Of a stretch of DNA of 64,000 nucleotides, positions 53,973 to 64,000 are shown one piece after another (position 1 is the first letter of the stretch; the number at the start of each line of letters is the position of its first letter). Origin of the DNA: Lytechinus pictus (lineage: Eukaryota). The stretch is taken from positions 14,014,001-14,078,000 of the forward strand of contig NC_087245.1 of NCBI RefSeq assembly GCF_037042905.1, given 5' to 3'. The notes beneath the pieces are model-generated. The model ran no database searches. It was not told the origin of the DNA and saw only the letters and a list, made by a program, of their open reading frames with translations. Position numbers and translations under genes: made by a program.

Positions 53973-55934
53973 ATAGTTTTCCATTTACATTCCTTTTCCT
54001 TTGTGCATTGTAACCTGGACTAACTGTTCTACACTACATGTACAGATGTGGTGGGAGTAGAATTAGCTTTTTATCTTTACTTCTCATTGTGTGAATACTC
54101 CCCAAGAAGTGGAGATTGTTGATAGGTCTACACTGTATGTATTTGCACCCAAGAGAGAATCTAATGTCCACGGTCAACGTTTATAGGCCGACCTGTAATG
54201 CGATAAGAGTAGTTTTAGGTGATAAGCGCTTCATGGAAATATTTCATTGCTAGTGTTATAGTTATCAATAATCATCATGATGATCCACAACTTCAAAGAA
54301 ATGTTTTACAAAATGCATAGATATTTTTCTGTTTATCATTGACTGGTATGATTAAAATGGAAGCTGTCTCAAATAGTGCATTATATATTGCTACTGCTAG
54401 TGGTTTCAAGCTATAACAACATCCCTAATAAGGTAAACCAAGGAGGTATCACTTTTGGTTCAACATACAATCTCCTTAGGTGCTTTCATACCTACCTGGT
54501 TAGGGGAAAATACTTGGTATTTTCTGATTGGTAATTCTAATAAATAATTCGAAAATACACTGTACATTGTGTTTTACCAGTGTAAAGAAAGCAAAATACT
54601 CAGATTATCCTTGAAAGAAATACCTCCAAGATAGTTGGTAATTTTTCAAAAGTACAAGAATGTTTTGTATGGAGGTCACACAATTATTTTCGGTGTGAAA
54701 CGTGAGAATTTTAGATGTGAAAGCAAAATATTTTAGATGTGAAATAGGAAGAACAGGAATAGAAGACAAGAATCTTGTTGCTGGGGCATAACTATGATAA
54801 CTTTATATTCAGACGAACGTGAATGTTTTCAGATATTTTGAGGCTTGAACAAGTTTCTGATCGGCAGGTATGAAAACATGTCTTAATATCCCAGACCTAG
54901 TTTTTATACCAGGGCAGTACATATGCCTTCCTGTTTAAGTGCTACATTTTAGATAAGAAAAGAGCATATTGACCTCAGGCATAATGTGATAATGGGGCTG
55001 ACTGCAAGATGAATGACACACTTTCTCAAAGTCTTGTCTTTATTACTCCTGAAAAAGTGTCCTTACAAATTTGGAGTGACATAAGCTTTTGTTGGCTAGA
55101 CTGGTTGAAGGAATAGCTTTGTGAAGTGTGCAGAGTGCAGACCTATTCTACATGGAGGAGAAATGTGAAAACCATGTGATGGTGATTGGCTTACTGACGT
55201 CATACAACATGTACTTTATGTGTTGTCATGCATGAAGAGTGAAAGTAAAAAAGTTATCGAAAGATGTTGAAAGTACTACCTCCAAAGGTATTGTCACAAT
55301 GGATCTTTCATTTGAAGAGTTGCATGTTTTAGAGTGTATAAGCCTTAGGGGCCTGGATGCATGAACTTTTATATAAAGGAGATTATCATTCACATTCATA
55401 CTCACATATTGAAATGAGCAAATGACTAAATAATTCATCACTTCACTATCTTTCTGTATCAAAGACAGCATACATGTTCTGTGCATCATTAAACAGAACT
55501 CTCTTCCACTAATCCCCCTGACAATGATTACGCACGTTAAAAAAGGTGTACTGATCTGCCCCTTTTGCTGTCATCCCAATCTATAAGTTAATCAGGTGTA
55601 AATAGAGCTTACCTCTCATTATTAAACTAAGAGGGCTAACCCTTCAAACCAATCTACTTTACTTTTATTGGATGAATGAACATAATTCAGCACTGGGCAA
55701 TAGTATTGTACTATCCAGATTCTTCCATTGTTGAAAAGATTAGTCTTAACTGGTGCTTTGGAAAAGTATAATAGGTGGCTATGGATTATTTCTTAATCTT
55801 ATTGTCCATCTGGAAGGAATGGTCATTGGGACGTTAAGTGTGGGAAAAGAATTCTGCTTTCAAAGCTAGTTTTTTCTGGTAATGATAATTTTTTAAGATT
55901 TGTGGATTGTGGTATAAATTCCAATATGCAGCCT

Positions 55935-56506
55935 CCCGGGGGGGGGGGGGGGGGGCACTTCCATTGACGAGTGGATACAATGCGCGACCATGGGGTCTCG
56001 AAAAGCACCCTAAACAAGTATTTCTACATTCTGAAAATGCACCTCTTAGCAAGTACTGGAGTGTGAAACCCTACCCTTAACAAGTATTGGAAACAAAGCA
56101 GTACCCTTGGCAAGTGTTCCCTGAATTGACCCCCTAAACAAGTTCAGTGATATTTTAATTGTTATATCACAGACGTCGGTTTTACCTTTATCTACATTGG
56201 GTTTATTACGGCCCCACATGTCACAAATCGGACTCTATAAACACGTAGTGTTGGGGCAAAAATTACATCCTTTATGAAACTTTTAGTCTTAATTTTTATA
56301 CCCCCGCAAATTTGACCCTAAACACGTATAGCTTTCCTACCGAAATAGATACCCATTTTTCATTATTTTAGTGTTTTTGACACCCTTATTACGTTACGTA
56401 CGTAACATGCCCTATCTTGAAAAAGACATCCTTTTTACATGTTTTTTGGGTCGCGCATGGTATCCACTCGTCAATGGAAGTGCCCCCACCCCCACCCCCC
56501 CCCTGG
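55935..56506. mobile_element. Non-autonomous DNA transposon with CCCGG(G)n termini and 8-bp TSD
   Basis: TIR GGGGCACTTCCATTGACGAGTGGATAC; TSD TGCAGCCT at 55927 and 56507. Confidence 0.85.
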
Positions 56507-57352
56507 TGCAGCCTGTATGTGGCCTAAAATTCGATTTTTGATGGATTGAAGAAGAACAAAGAATATGTAAAAGAATATTACCCATTCTTTCTTTCCAAAT
56601 AGAGCTTGTATGCAATCGCAGTCTAAATCAAAATGACTATGTGGATAGGAATCAACCAAACCTTTAAACCTAAAGATTTCACTTCAGAGCTTGGATATTA
56701 GAGCTCACATCATTAGGAATGAATAATTTGAATTACATAAATCCATTGTTGAATTAGTCACTAGCCACAGCTACATGTAATCTGGATTGCTTTCAAAATT
56801 CATGTAATTTATAGTGCATTTTTACTCGAGGATTATAAAAGTTATTAAATCTGAAAACTTTTGATTGGGTTTATCAAAATGTAAAAAAAAAGTGAATCCC
56901 CCTTTTGAAACCTTCAATGGGCCATGCAAAATTGGCCAAGGCAAATATCAACCCACGGGTCTTTGTCTATTCATTCAAATGAAGACAATTATGTCACCAT
57001 ATCCTTGATTTACGTAAATTGTACCTATGCAGCATCTTCCATTCACATTTTAATACCATGTTTCACCTCTTTATTCATTTGCAAGGTCTTAAAAATGATG
57101 AAGTAATCCTATCATAGAAGTATACCCAATAGTGGATGAAAAGATTAGTAAATGAATGAATGGATGGATAGAACTATAGATGGAAAATGAATGAATAAGT
57201 GAATGAAAAAAAAAAGAAATAATATACAAATCATTGAATAGATTAATGCAAATAGAATGCAAGATCTTATGCTGTACCAGAACTTCACAATGTGCAGTGT
57301 TGTAATGTAGATCAAATAGTGAAACCTATCATTCATCAGCTTTCCCATTTGT

Positions 57353-57981
57353 TTAAGGGATGCTCCAGGCTGAAAATAATATGATTTAAACAGATAAAGA
57401 AAAATCAGACAAACAAAACAGAAAACACTGAAAATTTGATCCGAATCGCACAAGGAATAACAAAGTTATAGTATTTTAAAGATTTGCATTATTCCTGTGA
57501 AACAGTTCTAGGCATGTCTTCATGAATATTCAATGAGCAAATTGATGATGTCATATCCCACGCTTGTTCTCTTGTATTTTATTATATGAAATTAGGTTTA
57601 TCCAAATTTTTTCTACCAAGAACTGAAAAAATGGATTGACAACTGATTAAGTGCATTAGATATTCATTGCTGCAGCCTATTTCATTATAAAGGAGACACA
57701 TTATTCACACATGTATGAAAAAAATAAAACAATTATAATATCATATTATAACATAAGAAAAGGGAAAGTGGGAATGTGACATCATCAACCCACCCAATGA
57801 ATATTCATGATGACATGCATTTTGTGCATACAACTATTTTCACAAAATATTGCTAAACTTTAATATTCAATAACTTTGTTATTTGTTATCCGATTTTGAT
57901 GAAATTTTCAGCATTTTGCTCTGTGAATTTTTCTCTATTTATTTAGATATATATATTTTCAGACCAGAGTACCCCTTTTAA
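57353..57981. mobile_element. Kolobok-like TTAA-flanked element
   Basis: TTAA-GGGATGCTCCAGGCTGAAAAT...ATTTTCAGACCAGAGTACCCCTT-TTAA. Confidence 0.7.
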
Positions 57982-58300
57982 TGTGATTCTCTTCAATACC
58001 TCTATACACATTGCATTAAAAATGCAATTATTCAATTAAGAATAATACTTATTGTAGCTTTTGTGTATTAAGTAGTTTCGAGAAGGAATTCCTGAAGCAC
58101 TTACAATTTGGAATTTTGGATCGACTGAAGTGTGTTGTTGTCTGTGCAAATATTTTGCAGGTGCAAAGAAGGGGGAATAATATTTCCCTACCCCACATCT
58201 AAACCTTGTGTATGTGTGAGTTAAGGGGGGGGGGTTCTCCTATCCCCTACCCCAATAGTTTAGCGTGTTGTCTCTGCCATGATGATTTAACTACATCATT

Positions 58301-58778
58301 AGGTGGTTTCAGACCGCCTCAAAGTTCGCCAGTTCCAGGTATTCTCTGATCGGGAAATTTACCCCGATCAGAAAATACCAGGTATTTTGGCGGTGTGAAA
58401 GCAAACTACGCGTAATATCCCCGAAAGAAAATACCCGATAAATAGTAGGTACTTGGCGAAATTACGAGAACTTTCGCGGGGATTTTTCCAAGGTCGTGGG
58501 TATTTTGGCGGTCTGAAAGCAAATTACGGGAACTTTTAGCCCAGCGTGTCGTTGGGTGCGGCGCCGTGCATGGGTTGCTGCTGGGCTAGTGATTTTGAAT
58601 TTCGCGCCTTGCTGCTTATCAGACCATACTGCGCATGCTCGTAACTTCAGGAACTTATCCCGAAGGGTATGTTTCAGGGCGGTGTGAATGCAGGAATAAT
58701 TACTGGGTATTTTTCAGCCTAAAAAAGTTCTCGTAATTTAACGGGGATTCTTGTGATCGAGGCGGTTTGAAACCACCT
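58301..58778. mobile_element. PIF/Harbinger-like MITE
   Basis: TIR AGGTGGTTTCA.ACCGCCTC; internal GGCGGT.TGAA repeats. Confidence 0.8.
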
Positions 58779-59196
58779 ATAGTCCTTTACTAGTGATATC
58801 CTAACCAGACAGTGCAAACAATGTGTCTCTCTATTTACCACCCTTTGCTTGTCCCTCTGCTTTTTTTGGTCTTCTTGCTCCCCTTCCACCCCAATGTACT
58901 AATCCACTGCTCTTGGCTGTAACTTTATAGTCTATAAATCAGACTGTGATTGTTACAACCTCCATTAAATTAATTGTTTATTTAGTGTTTTTTTTTAACT
59001 ATGATAATTGGAAGGGATTCATTCGAACATGATTTACAATACATTTATCAAAATTTTATGATGAAATGGCTTTTATTAATGTTTACACACCTGCTATTTA
59101 TTACTTCCAAACATGGAGATGAAAAATTCTTTTTATCTACTTGTAAAAAAAAAGATAAAGTATCTTTGTTTTGTTTTTGAGGGGATATCCATTTTT

Positions 59197-59244
59197 TTCA
59201 ATATCTTGCATCAGATGATGCATCATCTGATGCAAGATATTGAA
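59197..59244. repeat. Perfect 48-bp spacerless palindrome
   Basis: TTCAATATCTTGCATCAGATGATG|CATCATCTGATGCAAGATATTGAA. Confidence 0.95.
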
Positions 59245-61259
59245 GAAAAAAAACATTGTGTATAATGATATTCAAATAGAACTGAAATATAAATTAAAGG
59301 ATTTGCAATAATTTCAAATTTAGATATTTATAAGGTCATAAGCTTAAAAATATTGGATTTCCTCACTTTCCTGAAGTATTTATTTTTCAGATAGCCTATA
59401 CTAAGATCAGTTTGAAATATCAATTGGAAGTATATAATGAATAGAGTTTGCGGGTTAGACTAATGATATGTCATTTTATCCTCACACTCTGGCCCACTCT
59501 TGTCCCATGTTGTATGTCAACAATCATTTAGTGCTCTCATTTACCTTCAAAAGTGCACTAGCAAAGCTTCACCCGCTATGGTCACATGTACTGGTCAGTG
59601 GATAAGCACCAATATACGCAATCAAGCCTAGCCTTTTGAAGTGGACGTCAGTTGGACATTAGTTGGTGTTTTGGGCAGACTCTTGCAAAACGGAGGGCCC
59701 CATCATTCTTGATTTTTATTTTACAAGGGAATGATGTGTGATTATTATCTCTTCTTTAGATGCCAATATGGGATTTGTTTTGTCAGATGGATGATTTAAC
59801 AGGGTGGTCAGTTGTCTCCAAGCTGCTTTGATGCATCTCTTCCACACAGAACTTACAGTATATTCTGGATTACTAACTGCTAACTCCTGCTTGTTTCAGG
59901 GCATTACTAGCATCCTTGGGCTCTCTGGGTTCCTAGTGACATCCAATCAATCAAATTGAAATATTGGGGATTTACCCCATCTCTCACCACCCTTGTCTGT
60001 CTCTGTTCTGACCATGCCTGGGACTTTTTTAGTTCAGCTCGTGTTTGACACTGTCCTAACCTACATATCGACCAGGTCATTCCAGCTTTGACATTGGCTC
60101 AAGAATATTTGACCCTAGTCACTGTGATTTTCTTTATAATTTCGGTCAGTACTAGGATTTATTTGACCACTATTGACACAAGGGATTCCTTCTCTATAAG
60201 TAGAATTCGCTGTAAAAGAGCTGAAATAAATGCACTTATACTCCTACGTGACTTGTGTTGTGGAATTATTTTGAAGGTTTTTGGATGTATTATACCCAAG
60301 TGTTATACCGCATGAGTAAAATCTGAAAAGAAAGGTGTACCCGGAGAGCTTGATAAATGGAACATTTGTAGGCACATTTACTGATTTAGGAACAAATTTC
60401 AAGGACTGTTGCACATTTTGCCAGAAGACGTGGGAACATACATTTCACAGGAGAATGGCTCCATGAAAGGAATGAGGTGCTGTTTTTTTACAATGTGTTG
60501 TGCCACCCGATTACATTTACCTTTTATTCATGGAGGTTGGGGAAAAGTTTGAATGGAAACCTTCCTGCATTATAGCCTACAGAAATCTTCAAAAGAATGG
60601 AAATGGGTCCTATGACATGGCTCATTGATATCCACACTCTGCCTTCTGTTGAATTAACACCTATTATTATATTCTTTACAAATCATTACTGGCTGTAAAC
60701 TATTGTAGAATTCATCAAACACAACTCGCAGATGCATTGTGTTTAAAGCTGATGGAGCTGGAGTTTTATTTGTCATAGTGATCTATGGGTCTGTATCAAA
60801 TTAAAAACACCAATGTGCAAAGATGTCATTTTGTGGTTCAATCGTGAGCGGTGATACTTTGTTGAATATGTAATTTGTTGATGATCTTCTTTACATTACA
60901 GATTCACATTGTTGTTTGAAATGGCTAATCCCATTGCGCTTTGACCTCGCTGTATATCGGGAGCTTCTAAATTCTTTTGATTGTAGTCTAGACATGTCAC
61001 GCAACCAATAACTCCTGATTTTTCACTGAATTTCGATGAATATTCTGATTTTTTGAGAGGATGCAGAAGTAGGATGATTTCATCAATCATAACACTCCCG
61101 GTGGAATTCTCCTGATATTCATCACACCAGCCAATCAAATATTGAAGAGGGGTGTTGGGTTGAAGTGTGATGAAAAGGAGATTGTTTGGCACAATCCACT
61201 TTAAGTTTAAGGCATACCCCTATTTTTCATTTTTTTAAAAACTGTATGAATGGATCCTT

Positions 61260-61779
61260 CATGCTATATTCTTCCGAAGGATGGTAACGGATCGGTGGAA
61301 TGCTCATATCTGATTGAGTGGAGATAAAAGAACAAAGGAGGAGTCGCTAATCACGCCGGCGCTGAGAGGAATTGGAAAAAGACTGCGATTTAGGGCAAAA
61401 ATAAATAAACCATACATCCATTATTCATAAGTATTCTTCAAGGCTCAAGCCGCTTCGCGCATTATTGCACGCTCCGCTTCCCCCCTGATACATTGGCTCT
61501 CGTCTCCCTGGTGTGGTGACATCTCCCGCCAATAGTCGGTGGTAGATGGCGTTGCTGATTTTCGGTGGTTAAGACGAAGACGTTCAGTTGACAAGTGGAG
61601 TGAGTGTATACCTTCTGCTGGGTGCTACCTAGGCCTAGTGCCAGCCTACCTCTCTCTCTCTTGGATTGCATATAATTGGAATATTTACCCCGGTTGGCGA
61701 GATTCACACTTGACACTACCCTACTTTACACCGTGTGTGGACGACGGGCTGGCTGGCGGGTGAGCCGAGCAGAGAAAAG
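61260..61779 (+). promoter_or_regulatory. Candidate internal promoter and non-coding first exon
   Basis: Local CpG/GC enrichment without TIRs, CCAAT/ATTGG boxes, ends at AAG|GTAACA donor-like site. Confidence 0.4.
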
Positions 61780-62482
61780 GTAACATCGCTATGTTTACAT
61801 TCTACACGGAATGATACTTGAGAAATAGGCCACTTTTGTTGACAGTAAGGTTATATTGGATTATCACACACATGTCCTACACTTAGCTTGGGAATTATTC
61901 ATACATTGCACATGCTCAAATATTGACATTGAAAATTGATCAAACAGTTTTTTCTCCCATTACAAATGGTTTTTCCTCCCATCACAAATGTTTTTTCAAA
62001 CAGTTCATCTGAATGCGATGATTAATTTGTAAAGAGTCAACAGTGAAAGGTGGGTATAGGCCTGACCCTGTCATTCGAATAGGTTTGCAAAACAAGAATG
62101 CTTTAAAGTTCATCTTGATATATTTGTTTCTTGTTTATAATGAAAATTACAAAATGTCTTTCTACATATGAGGCCTAGGGTGCATTCTGCCAGAATCATG
62201 AACATGTATACCATCATAAATCAAAACGTGGGCACGAAACACCGATTTAATTGGGACAGCACTCACCTTCCCTATTTATCCCTTGTTCCAAACCCACCCA
62301 CTATGCATTACAAACAAATGAATTTGGCTCTAGTATTGTAGGCCTTTTCAGCATTTCATAGTTGAAAGACGATTTATTTTTAGTCATGAGGCTTGAGCTA
62401 AATGTCTTCAAAACCATGTTTCTACTGTAAATAGTGTTGATTGCAATGGATGCAGCCATTGTCTTTTTCATTACTATGACAT

Positions 62483-62617
62483 CTGGGTCCTGTAATACAA
62501 AGGTTAGCGATTGATCGTACGCTTGGTTTTCACGATTGATTGTACATTGTAGTCAATGAAATCAATCGTAGAAAAGTATTTACGATCATTGCTAAGCTTT
62601 GTGTTACAGGGCCCCAG
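62483..62617. mobile_element. Short MITE (family of 2494-2623)
   Basis: CTG...CCTGTAATACAAAG / CTTTGTGTTACAGG...CAG. Confidence 0.75.
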
Positions 62618-62825
62618 ATGTATGGTCTACACAAAGACTTCAATAACAATTTTTTTATGTAGGGTCCGAAACTGTATGATGAGCACTTTCACAGAAAACA
62701 ATATGAGTCATAGCTTTGTTTTTCTTACCAGCTATGCCTTGAAGAAAATGGGGATCATCAAAGCTGAAAGTTTGACCCCATTTATGGAGAGTGGGTCATG
62801 GCTTTCTTGGTAACAAGGCAAATAT

Positions 62826-63049
62826 TAATCGCTAGAGGGTATTCATTTGTCTCGCAATCTACTATGGTCAACAAGGAAATTCGTGATCACTCTCGCAAAA
62901 AGTGTTCACTAGCTTTCTAGGAAATTTGTGATTACTCTCGCAAAAAGTGTTCACTAGCTTACAAGTTCACGAGCTTTCGAGTGCCGCTGCAACTCTTACC
63001 TTGTTGACCATAGTAGATTGCGAGACAAATGAATACCCTCTAGCGATTA
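62826..63049. mobile_element. MITE with perfect 51-bp inverted ends
   Basis: TAATCGCTAGAGGGTATTCATTTGTCTCGCAATCTACTATGGTCAACAAGG and its exact reverse complement; internal 27-bp direct repeat. Confidence 0.8.
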
Positions 63050-63200
63050 TTTCATTCCGCAATAGTGAACCTATTTCGTATTAAGGCGAATATTGTTGCA
63101 TTTTCATGTATTTCAGTATTACTATTGATAAATGAATGTTCATAATGTAAATATAGCCTAGACAGCAAATATCAACAAGAAAAAACTAGAATGTATTATC

Positions 63201-63687
63201 AGAGGGGAAGTTCACCTTGAAGAAAAGTTTGTTTTAGAAATAGCAGAAAAAATAATGAAAATTATAATGAAGGTTTGAGGAAAATCCATTAAAGTTCAAG
63301 ACGGTTTTTAGAATTTAAAGTTTTGGATCTGTGATGTCATAAATGAAAATCTGTCCCATATGTTACGTAATATAAAATCAATTTTTTAATGGTGATGACT
63401 TATTTTTGCTTACTTTTTATAAACTGGTGTGAAATGATTTGTCTATTGATTTACAAAAGGTACAGTAAAAACCATTTTCAATTTTCTGAGAAAATTACAT
63501 TAAATTGATTTTTTACCATAAGATATGTAGAAAAGCTGCTCACATATGATGCCACGAATCAAATAATTAGAAATCTAATAACTTTTTTATTCTTCCATAG
63601 ATTTTTTTCAAACTTTCAGCAATATTTTTATTATTTTTTCTGCTATTTTTATAATAAACTTTTTGTCAAGATGAACTTCCCCTTTAA
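63201..63687. mobile_element. Kolobok-like element
   Basis: AGGGGAAGTTCA.CTTGA.AAAA / TTTTGTCAAGATGAACTTCCCCT-TTAA. Confidence 0.7.
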
Positions 63688-64000
63688 TTGCCAAATCAGA
63701 ATTTTACTACATGTACAAATATAGTCACTCAGTATACCAAATGTTCAAGCTGATAGTAACTTTGTCCAGGTTTCACAATTAAAATCACTTGTCAAGCTGA
63801 AATAATGATAGTTATCATTTTTAATTCAAATAGGAATCCATTGAGCTTTAGTTCCTTCATTCCAAGTGAATATTCATACATCACACATAATTTTAAGTGT
63901 CCTCTTCTGCTAGGCATAGCTTCTGTGTGTCGCAGGTTTACTGTGCTGGCTATATGCCTTCACATTTGGGCACTCTTGTGAACGTTGTAGCCTACAGCAA

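Noticed and set aside
59560..60320. Slightly GC-richer blocks (also about 8280-8820, 47560-48160 and 51510-51900) as decayed retroelement coding sequence
   Set aside because: No translatable motif recognised; would need a tBLASTn or Dfam search
60896..61192. 98-aa minus-strand ORF as a nested gene
   Set aside because: No recognisable motif, non-ATG start and no supporting splice structure
51202..64000. Next Trio coding exon (expected NTY.NA.KL-like start)
   Set aside because: Not found by eye; presumably downstream of the window

Overview
AT-rich, CpG-poor animal genomic DNA. The repeat landscape suggests an invertebrate deuterostome, probably a sea urchin (inference). The window lies inside the 5' part of a + strand Trio/Kalirin-family RhoGEF gene. 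I traced 12 GT-AG coding exons (16163-51201) that join in one reading frame and encode the SEC14/CRAL-TRIO domain and the first spectrin repeats. The first exon was not found and the GEF domains must lie beyond the window. The introns hold a decayed CR1/L2-group LINE with a second LINE nested in it, tRNA-derived SINEs, many non-autonomous DNA transposons (PIF/Harbinger-like, Kolobok-like, piggyBac-like, hAT-like), fold-back palindromes and trinucleotide microsatellites. The most notable observations are: (1) tandem copies of the 3' half of one Trio exon that keep splice sites and frame; (2) a candidate internal promoter and non-coding first exon near 61.3-61.8 kb; (3) a MITE family inserting repeatedly into its own sequence; (4) a LINE-in-LINE insertion; (5) a 185-bp near-perfect hairpin; (6) strong TACATGTA enrichment. 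I see no convincing novel multi-gene system.
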